Positions 1-12,333 of a stretch of 64,000 nucleotides of DNA are shown here, piece by piece (within the stretch, counting starts at the first letter, position 1; each line of letters starts with the position of its first letter). The notes under the pieces were generated by a model, which was given only the letters and a program-made list of their open reading frames with translations, was not told where the DNA came from and did not search any database. The stretch covers positions 177,156 through 241,155 of the forward strand of contig NMRA01000446.1 in NCBI GenBank assembly GCA_002633005.1, given 5' to 3'. The translations under genes and the position numbers were made by a program. The stretch comes from Phoronis australis (lineage: Eukaryota > Animalia > Phoronida).

Positions 1-1629
1 ATATATTACTAATAAAACAAAATAATGAAGACTTTTCGAGCAAGTCATAGCACATTCAGTTACAAGGAAAAAATGGCGGCGTTCAGGACAAGTTCCTGAA
101 CTGATGAGCCGGAAATGTGGGTACGGAAGTAACCGATGACAACCGGTAATCATACGCTCACAGAGAAGGGTCAAATACTGTTAAAAATCGCTTTTGGCAA
201 GAAAGGCGAAAAGAATATAAAGAAAGGGTGTCAAAAATAAGAATTTTTGTAGCAAGTATTTTCGGATACTGGAACCACATGGGCAGTTTGCAAGAAGGAC
301 TTTAAGAAGAAATACGATTATGGCAGTGCTAATTGTAGCAGAGCCACAAAGTGTGCTAAAAGGGTAGAAAATTAGGCATAAAATTTCTGTAGTAGATATA
401 AAGTTGATTGGCGCAGGAGAAGGCCGATGTCTTCAATGCTCAGAAAAATTTCGGCAGGCAAGAGACATGCCAAGAAAACGGCACAGTTGAGTCCGGGCAT
501 TCTAAAGGAAGGAACTGCAGTCAATTCCAGTTATTCGGTGGAACTTCTCTCACCCGACGGCGTTGTTGCACGACACCGCAACCTCAAACAACGTCAAAGA
601 AACGAAACGCGTACGGTGAGATGTTATAGATTATTGATATTTATTCTTGTATACAAGTGTCCACCTCAAAATTAATTTCCACGGTCATTCTTTATGATGC
701 CGATAGCAATGTTTTCGTCAACTGAAGAAGAACAGGAATCATAGACATCCCGCGCGCTCCGTCTATGGTTCTGACACTTCAAACTTTTGTCAACACGATA
801 GGTAGCTGCAGAAAGTTCGATGTTGACCTCAGTCTAATTTTTCTGCAATCCACAGTCAGGGGACAAAAACAATTCAAAGTCCGCTCCTCGAAATAGGGCT
901 TGCTTGCTGGAATTCAGAACTGCGGTCATGAGAGTGTTTTCACCTCCTGATTGCGAAGCGATAGAGTTAGCTGTGGTATCTTCATCAGCGCGTGCTCTCA
1001 GCGGGAGGTCACCGCTTTATCCACTCAAGCACTCGACAACAACTGACGAGAGTCTCAGAACTCCCACATGCAAATTTGATGTGCAAATGAGGGAGTACTT
1101 GACTACTGCGCCATCTATACATCGACGGAAAAGCTTAAATACCCGTAACTGCGTGTGGGAAATTGCGATTGCTTGTGCTGAAGTCCATATTTTCAAAGTA
1201 CAATTACACCACTGTTTAAGGTTGCAAAGTGAGTTTTTTTGATATCCTTCTATAGAAAAAGCTTTAATCTCTCTGATAAAATCATCTGTTTCCTTTTAAA
1301 CGAAACTTAAGTCCTGAAATTAGTCCGGGGAAGGAGGCCAAAAACGGCGGTTTAGCTAGTTGTCTCTTCCTGGTTATCTCTTCCTGCTATTACCAACGTG
1401 TTAGTAACTATTACCAACATGTTAGGAACTAACTATTTCCAAAATATTAGTAATTAACGCTAACATGTTACTATTACCAAAAGATTGTCATAATAACAAG
1501 GTTGACCAAACATACAACAGGCCACAAGATAACAGTTATTAAACACCTAATTTATTTACAAAACAGCTCCAGAAACTGATACTGAAATCAACGCAATGAT
1601 TATTGAAAATTTGTACACCAAGTTAGTAA

Positions 1630-1858
1630 CTAGTTTATTTATGAATGGACATACAAATTACTAGTTTATTTACGAATGGACTTACAAATCAATAGTTTAT
1701 TTACGAATGGACTTACAAATTAATAGCTTATTTACGAACGGACTTACAAATCACTAGTTTATTAACAAATAGACTTACAGCTTAATAGTTTATTTATGAA
1801 TGGACTTAAAATAGTTTAATTATGAATGGACTTAAAATAAATAGTTTATTTATGAATG
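1630..1858. repeat. ~31-bp minisatellite (tagtttatttacgaatggacttacaaat), ~7-8 copies
   Basis: Directly visible degenerate tandem array. Confidence 0.9.
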
Positions 1859-2154
1859 TTGTAACGCGTCAGCATGGTTAGAGCAACAACTAGTCAAATT
1901 GAAATGGTTTCTAGTAAAAACAATACATACAATTTGTGCTCCAACTTTGTTGAATTTCGGCGTCGTCAAATTTATTTTGAAAATTACACTACAAAATATG
2001 GTCAATATCAATTCACACAAAAATCCTTTATGCTAAATTACGACCAGCTATTCTCTTTACAAATATTGGAACATGATGTAGCGTTGTTTAATATTTTCAA
2101 CCATATTTGAAAGCTCCGGGAAATGTTTAAAATCTGGAGTCATGTTTAAAGAGT

Positions 2155-2279
2155 CTGAATATTGTGTCTACTTTAGAAGACAACTGAATATTGTGTCTAC
2201 TTTACAAGACACCTGAATATTGTGTCTACTTTACAAGACAACTGAATATTGTGTCTACTTTACAAGACAACTGAATATT
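2155..2279. repeat. 29-bp tandem repeat, ~4 copies
   Basis: ctgaatattgtgtctactttacaagacaa repeated. Confidence 0.92.
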
Positions 2280-2499
2280 CAATTAGTGCTGCATACTCTG
2301 CTACGTGTGTTTATTCTGTTGCTGTAAAACAATAGAAACATGCTCAGCAAATGAAAATATTGTGTAATTAAGACTAATTGTGATTATGTAGCAGAAAAGA
2401 GGATTAATTTGGACATGAAAACTCTATGCAATTTTGCACTGTGCTTGAATGTTTGCTAAGGAAGGACCCACCAACACCCCAACATTAAGTACAGCGCAC

Positions 2500-2557
2500 C
2501 TTGTTGAAGCCAGCATTCAAAAATGGCAACACACTGGGCTCCTCCTTGTCCCCAGAC
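2500..2557 (-). CDS. PDE8: PDE8 coding exon 5 ((V)SGDKEEPSVLPFLNAGFNK), 58 nt; gene continues beyond window start
   Basis: ttctag|G acceptor and AAG|gtgcgc donor, phase 2/0. Matches PDE8 SDDHEEASVLPLLHAGFNR. PAS and catalytic exons are not in the window. Confidence 0.9.
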
Positions 2558-4192
2558 CTAGAAAGGAATAAATTACAAAGAGTTAAGTATGGCACAATAA
2601 CTGCAACTTATCTCACTTGTAAGTGGAGCACGCATGCACGCACACACACACCCACACCCCCCCCCCACACACACGCATCTGCCAAGGGTAAGGCAGAAGT
2701 TGTCACTCTGTGAATAACAATGAATAATTTAATGAAAAAACGCGTGAAGACCCTTCTACATGTAACTGCAGCTAATAATCACTTCACACAGGAATTAGAA
2801 GTGGTGCAAGATACCATAGAGCATTCACCGTTCCAGGAGTAACTTGTTCTAGTGTAACTCTGTACGGGGTTGGCACTTAAGTCAGATCCAAACGATCAAA
2901 GCGAGGGCTTTATACAAGTGTGGCAATGTCTGACTTACCTAAAAGGCAAAGCACACATACTAGAATCATCCTGGTACGGAGCTTTGTTCGACACAGGCGA
3001 GGATCCAATCATGCCGCATTTATTAATAATTACAGTAATAACAAATCTGCTTTTTGACCGGCTAAACCTAAGGATAATGGATTTCAACACTAAGAAACAT
3101 CTAGTATGTAGGTTGCTACAGTCTGCTCTTTGAGAGGTATCTCATACAAGTTCTATTTTTTGAAAATTGATTTGCCGGGTACAAACGTTACTGAGGAATG
3201 AAAACTATGAAGAATTCACACCCTAATGTAATCTCTCTAAAGATTCATAAATACCAAATTTAATCTTTACGAAGATTCATAAATGCCTACAGATGGATTA
3301 TTTTGCAAATTAAATTACATATGCTTCAACACAAAAAATCGCAAGATCGTGATTGCTGGTATTTCTAAATCATGACCTTAAAGGTCTGAAATTTAATCAT
3401 TTTCAGGTGGCTGTAATCTACAGAAAATACTGTGGGATAATTATAATTATTAACTATTAATTATTCACAAAGAAAATAAGGAGAATAGGCCATAATCATG
3501 CCAAGTCAGAAAGACGTTAGAGGGCGCTGTTAGGGAAGAGGTCCTTGCTCGGGAGAATACTGTTATTTAAAAAAGCATATTAACAACTGACAGAACTTGA
3601 AAAGAGACAATTCTTTGAAGTTTGTTGATGCAGAAATTTCCCACAGAACAGTGAGTCATAAAACGGTGAGTTTCACTATCTGCCTGTATTAGAAAACAAC
3701 ATGAAAGCCGTTGTATTCAATTCTGATAATCAAAGGCTGAGCAAAACCGCAGTGTGACACTAAATGTCACAAAGTGCATTAAAAAATAACTGTGCTTTAA
3801 TCGAAACTGACAGAGCACATTTGGCATAATTGCATGATTAACAGATGCTGAATTTAACTGAACAGGCGATAGTACTGGATGCAGGCATATCAGAGGGGAG
3901 ACACAAGAATGAAGGACAGCCAGTGCCTCAGTGAAAACAGCACAGTAAAAGTTCTCCAGTTAATTAATTATTTTGATCAAGGTTAATGCTTGTACCAAAT
4001 GTTAGAAAAGGGCAATATTGTCTACCTAAAATTCAAAAGATACGATCGATGAAAAATGAGCATTGACCTCCATACTACATACTATGAAGACACACGAACG
4101 TTTTCCATCGGCGGACATTTTGAACAATTTTACGAATTGCCAAGTCTGTAAGACGAACGACAAATCATCCTTGTCCTAAACTTCAGAAACAG

Positions 4193-6612
4193 AAACAGAG
4201 CAACGTGGAGCATTGAAATGCAAGCACGAATGCATCGCAAATGGTGTGCTTTTAGGGTTGTTTATTTGCGTCATAAAAATGGCCAGTAGATGGCGCAAAA
4301 ATGTACAATCCATCTGAAAACGAGCACACGTCATTGCTTTTTTAATAGAAAGCTATACACCAAATTTCATAGAAATCCGTCATTGAACTTCAGAGAAACA
4401 AAGGAAATCAGAATAAAATGAAATTGCCACTAGGGGGCACACTGTTCATAGGATCGGACTGAAAGTCGTCATTGTCTGTAATTAGCTTCATATAAATACT
4501 CTTACTAATTAAATTTAAGAAAGATCCTGCAGTGGGTTTAGGAGATACAGCTTTGGGCGCAAAACAAAACAAAACAAAACTACCACTAGGAGGTGCCACA
4601 ATAGTCAAAGTTGTCATCGTCAACCGTCCTCTTCAGACTGAGAACATGTATGCCAATTTTCAAAACCATCCTTAGAATGATTTGTTTGATAGAGGGGTAG
4701 ACGCCAAAATACAGACTCGAAAACAGCAAAAATGGCCACTATGTGGCACAAAATACCTTGATTCCATCCGAAAATGGGAGGATAGCGTCGACTCACCAAT
4801 AGATGCCCGTATTCAAAATTTTCTCAAAATCCGTTCAGGACCTTTGAAGATACAGACTGAGGTAAACGTAAAAAAATAAAATTGCCACTAAGTAGCACAC
4901 AAGTAGTCAGAACTGTCCGAAAGTCATCGTCGTCTGTTGTCATCATCATATAAATGCACTGTCTTGCTAAATTTAGTAAAGAACCTGCAAACGGTTTAGG
5001 CGATATAGCCATAGGCACAAAAAAACAAAACTGCCACCAGGAGGTGCCACAGTAGTCAAAGTCGTCCGAAAATCAACCGTCCTCTTTATAGTAAGAACAT
5101 ACATGCCAATTTTCACAATCATGCTTAGAGCGGTTTGGTTGATACAGGGGTGGACTCGAAAACAGTAACAAGAGCAACGCGGAGCGTTGAAATGCGCCCA
5201 CAATTGCACCGCATACGGTATCCTTCTAGGGTTGTTTATTGGTACCATAAAGTGGCCAGTAGAGGGCATACTTTGCAAAATGGAAAGGCATGGTCATTGT
5301 CTCCTCAATAGCCGCGGCTAGGGGCAAAATGTGAGTAATCTTCATAATACAAGCACATCCTATACACCAGTTGCTTAAAGCACCACAGAAACATAGAATT
5401 AAAAACAAATTTACCAACATACGAGATTAGCACAGCATTAGAATGCCAGAAACAAATTTCTACTTGGAACTTTTCCTTCACAGTCACGAAGTAACACAAA
5501 GTATACACCTGAAGACCTATGAAAATACAGAGGTCAATGTAAAATACTAAAATTGCCACTAGAGGCAAATACTAAAATTGCCACTAGAGGCATACCGGTA
5601 ATCAGAATCATCCTAAAGTCGTCATCGTCCGTTGTCAACATCACATAAATACACTTGCTAAATTTAGTAAAGATCCTGCAAACGGTTTGGGAGATACAGC
5701 CATGGGCGCAAAAAAACAAAACTGCCACTAGGAGGCGCCACAGTGGTCCAAATCGTCTGAAAATCATTGTCAGCTGTCTTCCTTATAGTAAGCACATACA
5801 CGCCAATTTTCACAATCATCCTTTGAGCGGTTTGGTTGATAGAGGGGTGGACGCAAAAATACAGACTCGAAAACAGTAAAAATGGCCACTAGGTGGCGCA
5901 AACTACGTCGAATCCATCTGAAAACAGTAGGATAGCGTCATCTCACTAATAGGTGCCTACATACCAAATTTCATGAAAATCCGTTCAATACTTTTGAAGA
6001 TACAAAGGTAAGCGTAAAAAACTAAAATTGCCACTAGGGGGCACACCGGTAGTCGGATCCGTCCGAAAGTTCGCACATGCCGTCCCATTCATGAATGGAA
6101 CATATGTGCCAAATTTCATGAACGTATGTCAAAGGGTTTTGGAGATAGAGCAGCGGACGCCGGACGCCGGATGGACGCCGCCCGGACGGACGGACGGACG
6201 GACGGACAGAGATGACGGCATAATGCGTCCACATATAAATATGTGGGCGCATAAAAATGGCCACTAGGTGGCACAAACTACATCGAATCCACCCGAAAAC
6301 GGGAGGATATCATTGTCTCACTAACAGATGCCTCCATACCAAATTTCCTGAAAATATGTTGAGGACCCTTTAAAATAAAGAGGTAAATGTAAAAAACTAA
6401 AACTGCCAGTAGGGGGCATACAGGTAGTCAGATCCTCCGAAACTTCGCTCGTGCCATCCCATCCATGTGCAAAATTTCATGAACATACGTCAACCAGTTT
6501 TGGAGATAGAGCAGTGGACGCCGAATGGATGCTGCCCGGACGAACGGACGGACTGATGGACGGACAGAAATGACGGCATAACGCGTCCACATATTTATAT
6601 GTGGACGCATAT
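4193..6612 (+). mobile_element. Helentron-associated (HINE/DINE-1-like) element, family A, outer copy
   Basis: Head AAC(A)AGAGCAACG, internal ~150-bp tandem subrepeats, (GGAC)n microsatellite, and a terminal hairpin gcgtccacatat..atatgtggacgc in A-rich context. No coding capacity. Confidence 0.7.
5167..6254 (+). mobile_element. HINE family A, inner copy nested in the outer copy
   Basis: Complete head (aacaagagcaacgcggagcgttg), sub-terminal inverted repeats atgcgcccaca (~5192) / tgtgggcgcat (6242), (GGAC)n and a hairpin at 6223-6252. It interrupts the host unit motif cagtaa^aaatggccactagg. Confidence 0.75.
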
Positions 6613-7929
6613 AAATTGAATTTTGGATTGAATTTGTGTCCCAAATTTTATAGACTATCCCAAACTGGACATTGCTTACGAACTTTTGTTAAGATGGAGC
6701 ATGTCAAATCACATAACCTAGAAGAGTCTCTTCACAAAGCAACATGCTCCACTATACCACCCACTGTGAAGAAGTACTTCTTGGTACAGCTAGTTGGTGC
6801 TAACAGTCACTGGTGCCATGTGATTTGCCTATATTGCTTTCTGAAAGTCTTTCATCAAAAGATTTCGTACTGAACAGCCGACTACTCTTACAACATGTGA
6901 TAATTCAACTCGCAGTTCTCCACAGATTAAAATAAAATAGTGATGAGTTGAGAGATCTCTGGGAATGATAAGATAATGACTTGTAATAATATTTTTTGCG
7001 CAAGAACATAATCAACAAGGCAAGTCAATTTGTGTGCAGCTTCATAAATATCCTATTTCATATAAGTTTCACGAACTACTGAGAGGAGTAAAGAGCAATA
7101 AAAAGTTGCTTCAAAAATTTGTAATCTGTGCAGTCAGGTGAGATTTATATTTGGACCAGAGAAAAAAAGTTTAGCTTTTAACCAGGAAACATAAGTTATA
7201 TTTTAGGTAATTCTGATTCCTCATTTTAAATTTTTCTTCTGCTGTGAAAGGTTTCATAAAATTTCCACTGGAGAAGTTGCCGGTCACGTTAGCACAACTG
7301 TTGATAGCCACATTACACCAGATACAATCATGTCACCGTTAGCCAGTGCATCTGGCAGTTTGCCAGTATTTAAAGGATAATTCGTAATTACAAAAATCTG
7401 ACGACTACGCTGTGTGCAACATAAGGCAATTGTACAATTTATGTTGTTTATGAAGATATAAATATACCACTTTGAGCTGGTCCAGTTCTGACACTGATAG
7501 CTCTTCTAGTTTCAGCAAAGTGCAAAAAATAGCAAAAATTATTCTCTAGTGCAAAAAATTTCAGATTTTTATTTGCATACAGGAATTACTTGATTGTTTA
7601 CAAGCATGTTGCAACAGCTAAACCAATACGTTCAAGTGAATATACTTTCCCATGAAATTAATCGATGCAGAAACTTCTCATGAAAACCTACTAGGGAATA
7701 AATTTGACTTTTTCCCCAAGAGCAAACACTTTTGACAATCACTGTCTTATGTCATCACAAGATTTTGAAGGAAAGAAACTGTTTATACCATTAGTGTTCG
7801 TAAAAATATCCATGGTTATCTTGGAAATACATTTTCCATGTTAAGCATAAGGGACACAGGAAAATTCCAAATTTGGCTAACTTTGTAACATATCTCAGAA
7901 ATGGGTAATAATTATTAGTCTTCAAGCAT

Positions 7930-8078
7930 GCCATATGTTGGTCAAATCACGTGACCTATAGTTAAGTCTGAAAAGATCTCTTCCCCCACCTGGATTTGAA
8001 GCCAGGCCTTTCTGCTAGTTGTGCTTATGGCGTGTATGAAACTCGTAATTCTTACCTTTGCGATACCAATGCACTAAG
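7930..8078 (-). mobile_element. Degenerate tRNA-derived SINE head
   Basis: Minus strand B-box-like GGCTTCAAATCC with an upstream A-box-like segment. No clear TSD. Confidence 0.35.
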
Positions 8079-8971
8079 TAATAACACTATGTCTCAGAAA
8101 TGACCAGATTCATATGGAACTCAGACTCTGTAAGGAATGCACAAGGGGCGAACAAAAAATATGGCTTTCACGACTTTTATGGAAAAATTTGCACAGAACA
8201 AAAAATGACATAAAAACTTAGAAACCGTAACAGTGTTTTGAAATATCATCTTGAACACGCATTTCCTGAACGGCAATGAATGCAGAACAAAGATGCGGTC
8301 CTTTTGCAATGATATTTACATCACTCTCTGGATCATAGTAAATACAGGGAAACCATTATGAACATTGTCATATGTTTTCCAAAATAACCTGGGATCTATA
8401 ATTTTAATAATAATAAAATAGAAAATCGACCACAATACAGAAATGGAACTAGTCCAAGAAAATAATGTTTGTACTGGTTACTAAGCAACTCCTTGTCACC
8501 GTGTTTTTACAAAAAAGTCAATCTACAAATGTTAGCAAACACAGAGTAAGCTGTTTCTTTGTCTTACATACAACTGATACTGATGTAACCTGCACACTTA
8601 AGCTAACATTTATTTCAAACTGTGAAATACAGCCAAACAAGATAAATATGACATGTCCACAAGACTGGTCAGGAAATGGTCAAGCAATAGATCATAAGAA
8701 GGGTAACTACTCACATGAGGCTGAGAACTTTGCTTATAAGTGTATATCATGAGTCTCCTTCACACACAACACTGACCTTTTGAGATCAGTGAGTCTTTAT
8801 TTTTGTGGAGAAATTTGGCAAATAGAATTTGACTCGGGGGACATATTGTGTACCGAGTAAGTAAAGAATTACCATATGTTTTCAACCTGAGATAAGGTCA
8901 TGGTCTCGTGAACATTGCACTGCACCATTTAACCTGCTTGACCATCTGGACAGTGAGGACCACATACTTAC

Positions 8972-9031
8972 ACTTTTTTCGTTATGCCCACTACTGTTGA
9001 ATACGTGCTGTTCTTCGTGGCGCGCAGTGAT
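8972..9031 (-). CDS. PDE8: PDE8 coding exon 4 ((R)SLRATKNSTYSTVVGITKK(V)), 60 nt
   Basis: cgcag|A acceptor and GT|gtaagt donor. Phase 2/2 fits both neighbours. Matches the PDE8 segment SIRAT...TVILAVV. Confidence 0.88.
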
Positions 9032-9106
9032 CTGCGAGGCGAAAAGAAAATTATGTTTGCATACAAACAACGAAGAATTAAATAATTCAACATGAAAGTT
9101 ATCTGA

Positions 9107-9673
9107 GGGCTGTTCCAGTAAAATCTGTATGGGAGGGGGGGGAAGGCACCTTTTTTTCGCACCCACCACCCATATTTTTCATTTATTTCTGAGGCCTACC
9201 ACCCGTAATTTTTAATAAGTTTGAAATGCAACCACCCGTAATTTTTTTTTGTTCTTGTGGTTGACTGCACAGGCGCTTGAGTTTATCTGTTCCTCCATCA
9301 CCACTAACGTCATTCATTACTAAGAAAACATATGTTTCTTATATATGGTTATTAGCCATCAAGAAATTCGAGCACCTTTGGTTAAATGGTGTTATTTGCA
9401 TGCCGTTGGGGAGATGGAGGGAGTGAAAAAATTTGGAGCTTTTTGCAAGTTCCATTTTTGTTTCAGTTTTTGATTCTGTACGGATTGTTTTTAAAATTTA
9501 CTAAAATTACCCACCATCAAACATTTATGGCCCAATGAAACAACAACGACCTGTAAATTTTTATTTTTTTGAAGTACGACCACCAGCCATTTTGAATTTA
9601 AATCAAACGCAACCACCCATAAATTTTTATTTCAGTTGCCTTCCCCCCCACACAGATTTTGCTGGAACAGCCC
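9107..9673. mobile_element. PIF/Harbinger-type MITE (~567 bp)
   Basis: ~40-bp TIRs GGGCTGTTCCAGTAAAATCTGT / ACAGATTTTGCTGGAACAGCCC, with a 3-bp TSD TGA on both sides. Confidence 0.8.
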
Positions 9674-12333
9674 TGAGACTTATAATCCATTTCATTCCTA
9701 TTTACGCAAAAATCGTCCTTAATACAAACAAAAATGCACAGTACACTAAGGTTGGTACTCTTGTGAACAGCAGTCAGAATATAGCAATGCAAAAAGGACT
9801 ATACTCACAACGTAATGTGCAAAATACAATTCAGGGTACTAACATGGGTTACAGACAGTGTATCGTTAAGAAGACAAGAATGACCTCGGCAAAAAAAAAA
9901 CTTTGATTATGGCCTAGGGTCTAACCTTTGTACTTGAAATCGAACACAAAATTATTTTTGACATTCCTATTCTCCTTTTGTGCAAACTCAAGATATGTGT
10001 CTTTAATTCGGTTCTCAAGTACATTTTGAGGGAATAGCAAGATAAAACAAGGTCACGTTTTGAGTACAAGTTTTCTCCATTAAAAATGGGCATCACTCTA
10101 CTTCTTAAAACGTGGGCACATTATAAACGACTGTTGCCCACTTTGGATTCCATAGATGACAGTCTGTCCCTAGCTTGCGCTTCATGACCCCAGCATTATT
10201 GCCACAAGTTAGAGTCCTATCCTGAAATTTTGAGTTTAGACTCTAAATCTCGTCAGTAGCTTGAGTCCAAGTATCATTAAGCCCAACATAGACTAGCAGA
10301 CACCAGCACAACCATAACATATTTGAACATAGAAAAAGGGACACTTATTTGGACTTGGTATTGAAATGCATCACACAATGTTAGTTCGATTTCGAGTATA
10401 AAGATTAGACCATGGGCCCTAAAAATGCCCCACTAAAGGTAAAATTGCCTCAGTTCAGTGATCTATTCAGATGGTATCAATTTGAAAGCTATGACAAGAA
10501 ACTGCCTTGAACATACAATGAAACAGAAATACAAAATTAATACAAATGTATCTTATAGGTTTAATATAACATTCGACTCATTGTTCCTACTTTGTTTGCA
10601 TTTTGATGGCATTAGCAAAAAGACCAATGAAGGGGCACACATTGTATCACCTCCTAAATCCACTCAAATTGAGCCCTACCCACTCAGTTATCTCACAGGT
10701 GTCAATTTATCCAACTTAATTTCTGTTATGGTCAACATTTTTTCAAGGTCATTTTTTCAGACTACAATGACGTCATCCAAATGGAAAACTAGTCAACAAC
10801 AACAGCATGGACCAACGTACGTCACTTAACAATCCTCGTATCTACAATCCTTTTTCCCAAAGGTACAATTTGTAGCTCAAAGTCTGCGATAAACACTTGA
10901 TACGACGCACCAACAAACTGAGCCGCAGACCTACCTGACAGGAAATACATAATCACAGTGATTTTGCTCTCAAAGTAATTAACACTACATAATATAGCTG
11001 TTTACTTATCTTTCGACAAAAGTTACATCATAATGTCATGTCACAAAACAGCTAAAAATTAAGTGACAATTGCTATCATGTCAGTCACTAATATTTGCAG
11101 CTATGAAAAATCAATTCCCATTTTCAATAAGGCCAAACAAAATGCTGTCATGCAAGCAGACTTTATAAAACTAATTTATTTTGAACACAGTAACTTTCTT
11201 GCGTTCTATCAATTTAAAGCTTTGCCTACAACATTAACTGTAATACACATTTAAATCACAGAATAACAAAATCAATGTTTTATGGAACCCGAAAAAATTA
11301 CTAAATCTGATTTACTTTGTACGTCATATATCTCAAGACTAATCGAATTGTAATTTTTCCACTACTACACTTTATGTACTATACTTAAAATATTCCACTG
11401 TGGAATAAGGGGCTACAGAAATGTGACTTTCAGGATTTTCAGGAAAAATCAAATTTACATGACCGAAAAGAAGAGAATTCTGAAGAAAACTGTAACATGG
11501 CTCTTGAGATTTTATCTTGATCACTTACAGGGGACTTAAATCTGGGAATATCATAGACACCCTTGTTTTTTTCCTTTTTGCTACATTTTAGTAAAAAGAC
11601 ATGGCTATGTGTCCCAACTAATGGCAGATTGGTATAAAGTAAGAAACTAAATTTTACATGATTTCTACTTCTAGAAAATATTACTAAGTTAAAATATAAT
11701 TATAGTTATGTAGATATTTGGATTAATGCAAAAGCTTGTAGATAAGGTCTCTCATATTCATAAAACTCATACGCATCAAACCATCACAACCACAACGCCA
11801 CTACTGTCTCACACCATTAATTTAAAAATGACAGCACGTCTGATCTTTCAATGTGTTCACAAAGCTTACCTAATTTCACACAAAAAGTTTTAAATCAATG
11901 TTTGCCAACATTTACCTGGGAGTACACTGTAGGTTGAATTACTAAAAACTACCAGAAGAGATCACGTTACACAACCTGTCATATTGTTCTGCACCAATCA
12001 AGCTGATTGTTATTTCTGGTCGATAGCCGACTGTCACCGTGCCAGGTCATTTGATACATTTCTATTTGTTATACCAAATGAATCTAGGACGCTAAATCAC
12101 TATTTGCTTTTTAATTAACGTCATCACCGTATATCCAATATTGTGTTAATAGTCGCTCACACAACTGTCAATATGAATAGTTATGTAAAAATCACATGTA
12201 CGTCATTCAGTCACCATTAATGGGCGTCATAAGCCTAGGCTGATGATTATTGATCACATACAGACACAGTTGACCAAGGTAAACTATGTCATTAATGATC
12301 AATCTATGACAGTCGCATGTACCCGATTACCTA

